A stretch of 64,000 bases of DNA, taken from contig CAXXFK010000018.1 in NCBI GenBank assembly GCA_963663965.2, positions 78,935-142,934 on the forward strand, in the 5' to 3' direction. This document shows, piece by piece, positions 1-8,734 of the stretch. The notes below the pieces were generated by a model. The model saw only the letters and a program-made list of their open reading frames with translations, made no database searches and was not told where the DNA came from. Each line of letters starts with the position of its first letter. Position 1 is the stretch's first letter. This DNA comes from Sedimentisphaerales bacterium (GTDB lineage Bacteria > Planctomycetota > Phycisphaerae > Sedimentisphaerales > SM23-30). Both the position numbers and the translations under genes were made by a program.

Positions 1-643
1 GTTTTTCTAACTTGATTTGTTCCAGCATTTTGCCGGCTTCCTGAGCCCCGTGGGTTTCGGGATAGTTCTGGATTACACGCTGATAATCCCTGGCGGCCTC
101 GGTGGTCAGGCCCAGTTCGCGATATTTGTAATCGGCCTGGCGATACATGATCCAGGCCGTGCGCTGGTATTCGAGCCGGTTCTCGATCATGGGTTCCAAC
201 TGCTTATCCAATTGGCTATTAAGCCGGGCCAACTGGGCTTCCTGCTGGCGACTGGTCAGCATATCTTCGACGATTTGCATGCGATAATTAAGTTCATAGC
301 GCAATTGCATTACTTCGGATTCGAGTTGTGCGATCCGTTGGCGGTTTTGAATCTCTTGCGATGGTTCCTGGGCCGAATCGATTTGCGGTTCATCTGGTAT
401 GGCCACATCAATGCTGGCAACTGCATCAATCGGTACAATGGCTTTGTTTTGCGGCTGGTTTGAAGACCAGGCGATTGAGAGTCCGATTACAATGGCGATG
501 CCTGCGGCGGCCAGTGACCAGCGGGTAACGCATTGGTGGTACATGGCCTGGCGGCGACAGCGGGCCGCCAGATTGTCGGTCAGTTGGGGTTGGGGAAGGC
601 TGCTTTCGGCGTTTCGTAATAGATTTTCAAGTTGATCTGACAT
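1..643 (-). CDS. Putative membrane-anchored anti-sigma factor (C-terminus beyond window edge)
   Basis: The minus frame is open from ATG 643 to position 1 with no stop (hand translation MSDQLENLLRNAESSLPQPQLTDNLAARCRRQAMYHQCVTRWSLAAAGIAIVIGLSIAW...). It has one hydrophobic TM segment followed by a coiled-coil/TPR-like part. It starts 9 nt after the stop of the ECF sigma gene, the classic sigma/anti-sigma arrangement. It is absent from the ORF track because it has no stop in the window. Confidence 0.5.
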   Translation of the reverse strand, partial: MSDQLENLLRNAESSLPQPQLTDNLAARCRRQAMYHQCVTRWSLAAAGIAIVIGLSIAWSSNQPQNKAIVPIDAVASIDVAIPDEPQIDSAQEPSQEIQNRQRIAQLESEVMQLRYELNYRMQIVEDMLTSRQQEAQLARLNSQLDKQLEPMIENRLEYQRTAWIMYRQADYKYRELGLTTEAARDYQRVIQNYPETHGAQEAGKMLEQIKLEK

Positions 644-652
644 AAGTTTCCT

Positions 653-1249
653 TTAAATAGTGTCTTTTATACAGGCCCCCAGGTATTCCCGGAGCTTCTG
701 GCGCGCGCGGTGCAATCTGACTTCCACGGTATTGGGTTCGATTTTCAAGATGCGGGCGATTTCTTTGATGTCGAGCTGTTCCAGATATTTAAATACGGTC
801 ACCTCACGGAGTTTGAGTGGTAATTTGCCCACGGCTTGCCGGACGAGGCGGCCGGTTTCCTGATCCATCAGACTGGCGTCGCTGGGTTCGGCCAGAGGGG
901 TATGGTCAAATTGTTTGAAAAGCTTCAGGTTCAATAATCGTTTGCGGTGCCAGCTGCGGCACTGGTTGACAGCGATGGTGGTGAGCCAGTTGGCCACGTT
1001 GCCGCGGGCGTTAAACTGGCTTTGTTTTTTCAAGGCGGTCAGGAAAGTATCCTGGACGATATCATCCACTTCAGAATTCCGCCAGCCGGTGAGGCGCCAG
1101 ACCAGGCGGGTGATGCGTTCCTGATGAAGATGTACCAGCTCTTCATAGGCGCAGGTTTCCCCCTGACCAAAACGGTGGGTCAGCTCACATACCGGCTTGA
1201 CATTTTCAGTGGGCAGGCCAGCAATGGTATCGGACAAACAGCTTTCCAT
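653..1249 (-). CDS. ECF-type RNA polymerase sigma-70 family factor
   Basis: ORF 653..1369. It carries a sigma region 2 motif (DDIVQDTFLTALKK) and a region 4 HTH (LDIKEIARILKIEPNTVEVRLHRARQKL). I prefer the ATG at 1249 (MESCLSD..., about 199 aa, typical ECF size). A start at 1369 cannot be excluded. Confidence 0.85.
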   Translation of the reverse strand: MESCLSDTIAGLPTENVKPVCELTHRFGQGETCAYEELVHLHQERITRLVWRLTGWRNSEVDDIVQDTFLTALKKQSQFNARGNVANWLTTIAVNQCRSWHRKRLLNLKLFKQFDHTPLAEPSDASLMDQETGRLVRQAVGKLPLKLREVTVFKYLEQLDIKEIARILKIEPNTVEVRLHRARQKLREYLGACIKDTI

Positions 1250-1836
1250 ATTCGCTATATATGATGTACGAGTGGGGAAAAACTTACAAAGAAAATCAGA
1301 ATTGGGTTCGTTTCTACCAGCGAGGTGTATGGAGTAATTGGTTGGGTGGTATACCAATTCCGATGCCAATGCCTTAACGATGCCAGACCAACAATCAAGC
1401 CGCCGAAGCTGGATATTGGCAGATGAGGAGAGATTGGAGAGATGCGGGGAGGTAGCTTTCGGCGAACATTGGGTTTGTTTGGCATGGTTTATAAGTATTT
1501 TATTTATAAATGGATGATTTTAGTTCTAATGGTTAGTTAAACTACACGTCGGGAATGCAACGGTCTTATGGGCTGCCCACATTGTATTGAATTGCTGTCA
1601 ACAAAATAATAAACACTTTGTTTAATAGATTTCGGGGAGTGGCTGGATTAGGGGTTTCAATGGGGGGAGGATTGACTTATAATGAGCCGCTTGAGCGTTA
1701 TACCCAACAGGTATGGGAAAGCCTGATCGATCGCAATCTAAGTAGTTAATATTAAAAGACTTATATTATGGCCAGTCTGGCATTTTTAATCGTAAAGGGT
1801 ATATGAATTGTAAGATCATGAAAGGAAATGAGTTAG

Positions 1837-3276
1837 ATGGCAAGTGATGTGCAGCAAGTTTCACCGGGGCCGGTGGGGCCGGAGTTACCTCCTGAGGGGA
1901 TGGCTGGACCAGTTGATGGTCCGGTCTCGAGTGGTAATATGGATGACTTAACTACCCCAGAGGGAATCCAGAGTACTATCAGCCGGATTACCGGCCTGGA
2001 TGGCCAGCCGCCGGAACCCCAAACCCTGATGGAGCGTTACGTGCACTGGCTGGGTGAACTGGGCGGGGGGCAGCGGTTTTGTGTCTATCTGGCGGCGGCG
2101 GGTGGTATGCTGCTGCTGGCGTGGCTGGCGAATCTGATTACCCGAAAAGTGTTGCTGGCTATCATTAAGAAGCATGTCGCGCGCACCAAGGTTCACTGGG
2201 ATGACATTCTGTTGCAGCAAAAGGTGTTTCACCGTATTTCGCACCTGGCCCCGGCGCTGTTGATTTACTATCTGAACGATTATGTTTTTGCCGGGTTGGA
2301 TACGGTTATCGGGGCGGTGGAAACCGCGTCGCTGGTCTATATGCTGCTGGTAGCCATTTTGACGCTGGACGCTTTGTTAAACGGGTTTATCGAAATTTAT
2401 CGTGGATTCAGCTTTGCCCACGCCTTTCCCATCAAAAGTTTTGTTCAGGTTGTCAAAATCATCATCTACTTTATCTGCGGGATCGTTGTCCTGTCGATGT
2501 TGATCGATAAAGACCCAACCCGGCTATTCGCGGGGATGGGGGCGATGACGGCGGTATTGATGCTGATTTTCAAGGATTCGATCCTGGGTTTTGTGTCGGG
2601 GATACAGCTGACCACGAATAAAATGGTGCGGTTGGGGGACTGGATCGAGATGCCCAGGTTTGGGGCTGATGGCGATGTAATCGATATCTCGCTGACGACG
2701 GTGAAGGTGCAGAACTGGGACAAGACGATTTCGACGATTCCCACCTACGCGCTGGTGAGCGATTCGTTCAAGAACTGGCGGGGGATGTCGGAATCGGCCG
2801 GGCGGCGGATCAAGCGTTCGGTCTGTATCGATATGAACAGTATCCGTTTTTGTGACGAAGGGATGCTGGAGCGGATGCGGCGGATTCAGTATATCGCCGA
2901 TTATCTTGACGCGAAGAAAGCGGAACTGGCCGCGTGGAACAGCGAACGGAAGGTGGATGACTCGACCCTGGTAAACGGGAGGCGTCTGACCAATATCGGG
3001 ACGTTTCGGGCTTATGTTGAGGCCTATCTCAAGCATCATGAACTCATTAATCAGAACATGACATTTCTGGTGCGTCAATTGCAGCCGACCGAACATGGCC
3101 TGCCGCTGGAGATTTATGTCTTTTGCAGCGATAAGGTCTGGGCCCATTATGAGGCGGTGCAGGCGGATATTTTCGATCATATGCTGGCAGTGTTGCCGGA
3201 ATTTGATTTGCGGGTATTTCAGAATCCGACGGGTGCGGATTGGGGGCGTATGATTCAAGGGGGGGGAAATGGGTGA
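1837..3276 (+). CDS. Mechanosensitive ion channel (MscS family) protein
   Basis: 479-aa ORF with several N-terminal TM helices followed by an MscS beta-domain signature (GDWIEMPRFGADGDVIDISLTTVKVQNWDKTISTIPTYALVSDSFKNW). Confidence 0.85.
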   Translation: MASDVQQVSPGPVGPELPPEGMAGPVDGPVSSGNMDDLTTPEGIQSTISRITGLDGQPPEPQTLMERYVHWLGELGGGQRFCVYLAAAGGMLLLAWLANLITRKVLLAIIKKHVARTKVHWDDILLQQKVFHRISHLAPALLIYYLNDYVFAGLDTVIGAVETASLVYMLLVAILTLDALLNGFIEIYRGFSFAHAFPIKSFVQVVKIIIYFICGIVVLSMLIDKDPTRLFAGMGAMTAVLMLIFKDSILGFVSGIQLTTNKMVRLGDWIEMPRFGADGDVIDISLTTVKVQNWDKTISTIPTYALVSDSFKNWRGMSESAGRRIKRSVCIDMNSIRFCDEGMLERMRRIQYIADYLDAKKAELAAWNSERKVDDSTLVNGRRLTNIGTFRAYVEAYLKHHELINQNMTFLVRQLQPTEHGLPLEIYVFCSDKVWAHYEAVQADIFDHMLAVLPEFDLRVFQNPTGADWGRMIQGGGNG

Positions 3277-3455
3277 AGTTTTTGTCAAAAACGCGGTTAT
3301 AATCGGTATACCTTACCTGAATTACGGCCGGAAAAGTAAAGGAAAGTAGATATCCAGTCTTGAAATATCGCTTTGATTATGGTATAATAACCGTATTATT
3401 TTGTGTTAATGTGTAGTGTACAAAGTGATATTTAGCAAAACCGAAGGAGTTGAAA

Positions 3456-4055
3456 ATGCTGAAAAAATGTCTATCGGTCTTATTGTTGATGGCGCCATTT
3501 GCGATGGGAAATGTGACCTTTCAGGATGATTTTGAAGGGGACCTTTCGCAATGGATCGGAAAAACAAATCAGGTCCATCATGGCGTGATTGCTGACGATC
3601 CGCTGAATTCGGGCAATAGTGTCTTGAAGTTCTCGCGCACGAATTCGAGTGGCGATATATTTTCGACGCCCCTGTTGAGTTATCAAGATGGTCCTATTAC
3701 CTTGTCGTTTGATTATCTGGGTATTTCGGATAATGGCGGCGCGGTGGCTGATTCGGGCGGCTTTGTGGGCTTTTCCTATGGCCTGGCGGGCACTCATTAC
3801 TGGAAACTGGCCACCCAGGGCAGCTATTCGGGTGTGGAAGAGCATCTGATTGACGATGGCAAATGGCACAGCTATTCACTGGTTATCAATCCGACGCAGG
3901 ATTTTCATATTATGATCGAAGATTTTGTCAATCCGGCCGGTGACGCTTATTTCGATAATATCAAGATCACCAATGCCGCCGTACCGGCGCCGGGCGCGTT
4001 GATCCTGGGTTCGCTGGGGACAGGACTGGTTGGCTGGATCCGCCGCAAGAAATAA
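3456..4055 (+). CDS. Secreted PEP-CTERM sorting-domain protein
   Basis: Signal peptide MLKKCLSVLLLMAPFAMG and a C-terminal PEP-CTERM-type signal VPAPGALILGSLGTGLVGWIRRKK. GAAGGAG lies about 8 nt upstream of ATG 3456. Confidence 0.8.
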   Translation: MLKKCLSVLLLMAPFAMGNVTFQDDFEGDLSQWIGKTNQVHHGVIADDPLNSGNSVLKFSRTNSSGDIFSTPLLSYQDGPITLSFDYLGISDNGGAVADSGGFVGFSYGLAGTHYWKLATQGSYSGVEEHLIDDGKWHSYSLVINPTQDFHIMIEDFVNPAGDAYFDNIKITNAAVPAPGALILGSLGTGLVGWIRRKK

Positions 4056-4084
4056 GTTTTGTTGTTAATATTAGAATCAAGAAA

Positions 4085-4109
4085 GCCGTCCTGAATGGGC
4101 GGTTTTTTT
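4085..4109 (+). terminator. Rho-independent terminator
   Basis: Stem CCGTCC / GGGCGG (one G-U pair), loop TGAAT, followed by T7, about 30 nt after the stop at 4055. Confidence 0.6.
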
Positions 4110-4132
4110 ATGCGCGGGGATGATACTAATGT

Positions 4133-4640
4133 GTTGATATTGGTTGGGCGGGGGTATTCCAGGGTGGACAAGCCGCAACCCAAAGAAAAAATCGATCACA
4201 CAAAGCCACAAAGGCACAAAGATATATACAGCCATTTAGACAGGATTACAGGATCAACAGGATAAAAAGTTCGGGACCATTAAATTATCTGGTAAGATGA
4301 AGTCATTACTTTGCTTATAAAGCATAAGAACAAAAAGCTTGCTAAGAAAACAAAGAAATGAGGGATTGTAGTACGGAAAGGGAAAATAAAATACATTTTC
4401 ACCGTGTAGTAAGTGAAGGGAGTTAAGGAATGGCCGGAGAGATGAAAAAAAACAGCCTTTTTAGACAGGATTACAGGATTTACAGGATTTAATGGGAATT
4501 CATATAAAATATAACAGCCTTTTGAACCGCAGATGGACGCAGATAGACGCAGATAAAAACCGATTTAAGTAATTATAATAAAATAACTTAGAACCACGTA
4601 AAAACGCGGAAAGCCACGGAAGAAAACAGGTATAAAATAG
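4133..4640. repeat. Composite word-repeat module (single copy of the family also found at 54955-56170)
   Basis: Short tandem octamer words: CACAAAG x3 (4196-4221), ACAGGAT x3 (4239-4263 and again 4464-4490), GCAGATGGAC/GCAGATAGAC (4524-4560), CACGnAA words (4591-4630). Blocks GGACAAGCCGCAACCCAAAGAAAAAAT and AACCGCAGATGGACGC...GATAAAAA...TTTAAGT...TTAGAACCACG recur at 55161-55256 and 56060-56110. Confidence 0.7.
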
Positions 4641-4843
4641 TTTAATTAAAGAAGATATGATTTTGATAATGAATAAATGCCAGAAATCGGGAAATAAAAC
4701 TAATTTTACTAAAGAGAAAGTGGTGGAACGGCTGGAGAATGGTGGGAGGGGGAAATTGGTTGATCGGGGGGCGGGTTGAAGTACCATAATCGGGTTGTTG
4801 ATTTTGAGGTGATGACGCATCGTGCAGACTGGGGGCCGAACGG

Positions 4844-5584
4844 ATGGCTTGTGAAAATAATCAGTTAAGTGACGACGGGAAGGCGCGGCATCGGGGGGCG
4901 GATCCGCGGGACGCGGGGTTGTTTGGGGAAGCATGGGCAGCAGTGCTACGGGAGGCGGCGGGGGACCTGGCGTGGCTGCTGGGGCGGGGGTACAGCGAGA
5001 AGTCGGGATTGAAGCTGGTGGGGGACCGGTACGCACTGCGGCAGCGGCAGCGGCAGGCGCTGATGCGGGGGGTGTGTACGGCGGCGGCGGGGCAGGCGCG
5101 GCGGGCGAAGCGGGTGAGGGCGGCGGCGCTACGAGGCGAGGTGGTGGCGATCGATGGGTATAATGTGGTTACGACGCTGGAGACGGCGCTGGGGGGCGGG
5201 GTTTTGGTGCGCGGGCTGGATGGGTGCTGGCGGGATGTGGCCGAGCTGCATGGCAGTTACCGGCCGGTGGCTGAGACGGAGGGGGCGCTGGAACGGGTGG
5301 GGGTGTATCTGGCGGGAGCGGGAGTAAAGGAGGTGCGGTGGTACCTGGACCGGCCGGTGTCGAACAGCGGGCGTCTGAAGGGATGGATGGAGGCGCTGGC
5401 CGGGCGGCGCGGCTGGGAGTGGGAGGTGGCGCTGGAGTATAATCCGGACCGGATGTTGATAGAGGCGGATGAGATTGTGGTGAGCAGTGACAGTGTGGTT
5501 CTGGATGGGTGCGGGCGGTGGTTTGACCTGGTGGGGGAGCTGATTGAGGGGCTGGATGGGGTTTGGCGGGTGGATTTGGGGTGA
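4844..5584 (+). CDS. DUF434-like / NYN (YacP-type PIN-like) domain protein
   Basis: 246-aa ORF, strikingly G+C-rich by eye compared with both flanks. The N-terminal part resembles DUF434 (LLGRGYSEKSGLKLVGDRYALRQRQRQAL). It is followed by an AIDGYNVV motif typical of YacP/NYN nucleases. The assignment is from memory and untested. Confidence 0.45.
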   Translation: MACENNQLSDDGKARHRGADPRDAGLFGEAWAAVLREAAGDLAWLLGRGYSEKSGLKLVGDRYALRQRQRQALMRGVCTAAAGQARRAKRVRAAALRGEVVAIDGYNVVTTLETALGGGVLVRGLDGCWRDVAELHGSYRPVAETEGALERVGVYLAGAGVKEVRWYLDRPVSNSGRLKGWMEALAGRRGWEWEVALEYNPDRMLIEADEIVVSSDSVVLDGCGRWFDLVGELIEGLDGVWRVDLG

Positions 5585-5720
5585 GGGGAATGACTTTGGG
5601 AAATATACAAGTTAACTTTGAGGTTAGGATATAAGCTTACGTATCATTTCGAATAAATATTCAAGCATTGAATTTACGAAATTTTCATTTCTTATGGCGG
5701 CAAATCAATTTTCTTAAAAT

Positions 5721-5743
5721 CAGACTATAGTCTGAAGACAGTC
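5721..5743. promoter_or_regulatory. C-box-like operator palindromes upstream of the controller HTH gene
   Basis: Perfect 14-nt palindrome CAGACTATAGTCTG (5721-5734) containing GACT-ATA-GTC, followed by a GACAGTC half-repeat (5737-5743). GATAAT lies at 5745-5750. Confidence 0.4.
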
Positions 5744-5827
5744 GGATAATAAATGTTTACTTTAGTCTGCAAGCGAGAATCAGCAGCAGAAAGCTTGCTT
5801 ATCTATTCAATGAAAGGACTTACTAGC

Positions 5828-6043
5828 ATGCTGGGAGATACTTTACGTTACTACCGTAAAAAAGTTGGTTTAACGCAAGAGCAATTAGCTGAGAAAGCAG
5901 GCATCCATCGAACTTATGTAAGCCTGCTTGAACGAAACCTCAAATCACCAACAATAGACACTTTATTTCTCATATGTAATGCGCTTCATGTGAAACCCAG
6001 TAGTTTGATCAAAGCATTAGAAACTGAACAAGAAAAGAAATAG
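5828..6043 (+). CDS. XRE-family HTH protein, R-M controller (C) protein-like
   Basis: ORF 5753..6043. HTH_3 signature LRYYRKKVGLTQEQLAEKAGIHRTYVSLLERNLKSPTIDTLFLICNAL. AAAGGA lies 9 nt upstream of ATG 5828, giving a 72-aa C-protein-sized product; ATG 5810 is an alternative. It sits directly upstream of the methyltransferase. Confidence 0.75.
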   Translation: MLGDTLRYYRKKVGLTQEQLAEKAGIHRTYVSLLERNLKSPTIDTLFLICNALHVKPSSLIKALETEQEKK

Positions 6044-6062
6044 AGTGCTCTTGGATATAAAT

Positions 6063-7595
6063 ATGAAAATACCAATAATAGATTTATTTGCGGGGCCGGG
6101 AGGATTAGGGGAAGGCTTTTCGGCATATCAAAATAAAGAAGCTGAACAACCATTCGAAGTCATAAAATCGATTGAAAAAGATCAGATTGCACACAAAACA
6201 TTATTATTAAGGTCTTTTATTCGTAAATTCCCTTCAGATAAAAAGCCAGAAAAATACTTTAAATTTATTCAAACAAATTGGAATCTGAATAAGTTTAATA
6301 ATTTGCTTGATTGTAAGGAAGGGGCGGAAGCACGAAGAGAGGCATTATGTCTTGAACTTGGTAAAGATAATGAAGTAATTGATGAAGAAATAAACCAATC
6401 CTTATCTGAAATAATACTAAATAATAGACATTGGGTTCTCATTGGTGGTCCACCCTGCCAAGCTTATTCGCTGGTTGGCAGGTCAAGAAATAAGGGTAAA
6501 CAAGGTTGGACATTAGATAATGATTATAGGTCGCATCTATATCAAGAGTATTTGAAAGTTATAGGTAGATATCAGCCATCAGTATTTGTCATGGAGAATG
6601 TGAAAGGAATTCTATCAGCACGATTGAATGAAGGATTAATATTTGAAAAAATAATAAAGGATCTGGAACGACCAAACGAAGTCAAGTTAGAGGGAATTGT
6701 TGAACCAATAACGGGAAAAAAAATAACATATCGATTGTATTCATTCGTGAAAGAACCCGAATTATTTATAAACCTTAAACCAAAAGATTATATAATTAAG
6801 TCTGAAGATTATGGAATACCACAAAATAGACATCGAGTTATTTTGTTAGGCATCAGAGAAGATCTGAATGTAAAATTAACCCTTTTAAAAAAGAAAGAAA
6901 AAAAAATAACCGTATGGGAAGCTATTGGTGATCTACCTTCGGTGATGAGTGGGATTTCTAATAGAAATATTAATTTGTCAGAGTTTGATCAACAGCTGAA
7001 AAAGTACGCTGAAATACAAGAAATGTTATCAAGTGAATTCAAAAAACTAGTCTTAGATAACGATGTGTCGAAGGTAATAAAAAAAAGAATATATCAAATT
7101 AATAAAAATAATGGCAGAAAACCTTCGGTGTTTAATAAAGAATGGTTTCTTTGTGAAGATTTAAATGGTCATATTTGTAATCATGAGTCACGTAACCATA
7201 TTCGTTCTGATTTGCTGAGATATTTTTTCGTTTCGTGTTTCGGGGAAGCAAAAGACAGAACGCCTAAGCTGAGCGAATGGCCAGGTGAATTATTTCCAGA
7301 TCATAAGAATGCGAAATCCGGACATTTTGAAGATCGCTTCAGGGTGCAATTAAGGAACGAACCTTCAACTACAATTACCTGTCATATAGCAAAAGATGGT
7401 CATTATTATATTCATCCGGATCCAAGGCAATGTCGAAGTTTAACTGTTAGAGAAGCAGCAAGATTGCAAACATTTCCTGATGATTACTTTTTTTGTGGTA
7501 ATAAAACGAGTCAATATCAACAGGTTGGTAATGCTGTTCCTCCATTATTGGCCTATCAATTGGCTGATGTAGTATTCAAAGTATTAGAAGATTGA
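6063..7595 (+). CDS. dcm: DNA (cytosine-5)-methyltransferase
   Basis: All the canonical m5C MTase motifs are present: I IDLFAGPGGLGEGF, IV GGPPCQAYS, VI ENVKGIL, VIII QNRHRVILLG, IX/X REAARLQTFPDDY...QVGNAVPPLLA. Confidence 0.95.
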   Translation: MKIPIIDLFAGPGGLGEGFSAYQNKEAEQPFEVIKSIEKDQIAHKTLLLRSFIRKFPSDKKPEKYFKFIQTNWNLNKFNNLLDCKEGAEARREALCLELGKDNEVIDEEINQSLSEIILNNRHWVLIGGPPCQAYSLVGRSRNKGKQGWTLDNDYRSHLYQEYLKVIGRYQPSVFVMENVKGILSARLNEGLIFEKIIKDLERPNEVKLEGIVEPITGKKITYRLYSFVKEPELFINLKPKDYIIKSEDYGIPQNRHRVILLGIREDLNVKLTLLKKKEKKITVWEAIGDLPSVMSGISNRNINLSEFDQQLKKYAEIQEMLSSEFKKLVLDNDVSKVIKKRIYQINKNNGRKPSVFNKEWFLCEDLNGHICNHESRNHIRSDLLRYFFVSCFGEAKDRTPKLSEWPGELFPDHKNAKSGHFEDRFRVQLRNEPSTTITCHIAKDGHYYIHPDPRQCRSLTVREAARLQTFPDDYFFCGNKTSQYQQVGNAVPPLLAYQLADVVFKVLED

Positions 7596-7597
7596 TA

Positions 7598-8005
7598 ATG
7601 ACTGATAATGTAAGTAAAGAAAAGCGTAGTTGGAATATGTCACGCATCCACTGCAAAAATACAAAGCCTGAAAGGCAAGTGAGGTCGATTTTACATATGA
7701 TGGGATTTCGTTTTCGTTTACATCGAAAAGACTTGCCTGGCAAGCCAGATATTGTATTACCAAAGTATAAAACGGTTATATTTGTACATGGTTGTTTCTG
7801 GCATAGGCATAAAGGGTGTAAATATGCTTATACACCTAAAAGTCGACAGGAATTCTGGAAAAAAAAATTCGAAGATAATTCAAAAAGAGATAAAGACGTA
7901 ATAGATGAACTTAAAATGCTGGGGTGGAAAGTCATTATAATCTGGGAATGTGAAATTAAAAAACCGGATATTATTGTTGGTAAATTAGCCACTATTGCAA
8001 CATAA
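7598..8005 (+). CDS. vsr: Very short patch repair (Vsr) endonuclease
   Basis: Vsr signature NTKPERQVRSILHMMGFRFRLHRKDLPGKPDIVLPKYKTVIFVHGCFWHRH...IIIWECE. It overlaps or abuts the dcm stop (TGA 7593-7595). Confidence 0.9.
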   Translation: MTDNVSKEKRSWNMSRIHCKNTKPERQVRSILHMMGFRFRLHRKDLPGKPDIVLPKYKTVIFVHGCFWHRHKGCKYAYTPKSRQEFWKKKFEDNSKRDKDVIDELKMLGWKVIIIWECEIKKPDIIVGKLATIAT

Positions 8006-8006
8006 A

Positions 8007-8732
8007 TTAATTTTTTCTAAACTTTTCAAATTCTTCCGGTAAAAGAGTTAAAATCATATCTGGAGTCATGAAATACAGATCCCAAGTTAAGTTGAATTGA
8101 TCGATTATATCAGCGAGTCTTCTTGGACTTCCACCGCCTTTGCCTCCCGATCCTTTTTTGTTACTTCTTGTTTTTGGATTATAATATAAGGTGTATGTTG
8201 CTTCAATCAGTGATTTATTAGTAATTAATTCTTGTCTTGATGCTATTTGTTCGTGAAGATCTCCCAATTTATCAATATCACCTGATAACAATGCCATAGC
8301 TCTTTCTGGTTTGTCTTTATGAAAATTATAAATAAGATATGGGCCTCTTAAAAGATGGCGATAGTATGTTTGAAAATTGGATATTTCAGGAACCCATCTG
8401 TATCTTTTACCTGGTTTATAGCGATTACCATGCGTTTTTGGGCATAACTGATCAAAAAAGAAGAGTGATAACCATGCCCAGATTCCTTTATCTTTTAAGA
8501 CAAGTGGATAATCTAGGTCACAAAAAAGATCATGAAGGTATCGAGCCATTTCCAACTTATTGGTAAATGTTACTTTTTTGACGAAAGAATTCGAAACACC
8601 ATCTGAATAATCTGGATTATTCAGGATATGGACTGGGGGTGATTCGGGATTATCAGTATCTAAACTATCTAAGAATTCATGAAACTTGAGAATGCCAGAG
8701 TCTTTAAGTTTTCTAAGTTTGATGTTTTGCAT
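8007..8732 (-). CDS. Hypothetical protein (last gene of GHKL operon), no recognisable motif
   Basis: ORF 8007..8738. ATG 8732 lies 2 nt after the preceding stop, with GGAG 7 nt upstream. Codon usage is AT-rich like its neighbours. A Gly-rich patch KKGSGGKGGGSPRR lies near the C-terminus. No nuclease or NTPase motif was seen. Confidence 0.7.
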   Translation of the reverse strand: MQNIKLRKLKDSGILKFHEFLDSLDTDNPESPPVHILNNPDYSDGVSNSFVKKVTFTNKLEMARYLHDLFCDLDYPLVLKDKGIWAWLSLFFFDQLCPKTHGNRYKPGKRYRWVPEISNFQTYYRHLLRGPYLIYNFHKDKPERAMALLSGDIDKLGDLHEQIASRQELITNKSLIEATYTLYYNPKTRSNKKGSGGKGGGSPRRLADIIDQFNLTWDLYFMTPDMILTLLPEEFEKFRKN

Positions 8733-8734
8733 AG

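Noticed and set aside
17-635. Three plus-strand ORFs at the window start (17..463, 328..528, 399..635)
   Set aside because: They are antisense to a continuous minus-strand frame that begins 9 nt after the ECF sigma gene and has TM/coiled-coil anti-sigma character.
2524-3288. 254-aa minus-strand ORF overlapping the MscS gene
   Set aside because: The plus-strand frame carries the MscS signature. The antisense product is a low-complexity P/R/H-rich sequence.
4500-5036. 178-aa minus-strand ORF spanning the word-repeat module and the start of the G+C-rich gene
   Set aside because: One half translates the tandem words (…SASICVHLRFK…). The other half is the Pro-rich antisense of a G+C-rich gene. 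It has no coding character.
5753-5827. Upstream ATG 5753 as a leaderless start of the controller protein
   Set aside because: The ATG lies only 2 nt after the putative -10 GATAAT, so it could not be at a transcript 5' end from that promoter. The extra 25 residues (MFTLVCKRESAAESLLIYS...) are not part of an HTH_3 domain. ATG 5828 has an SD.
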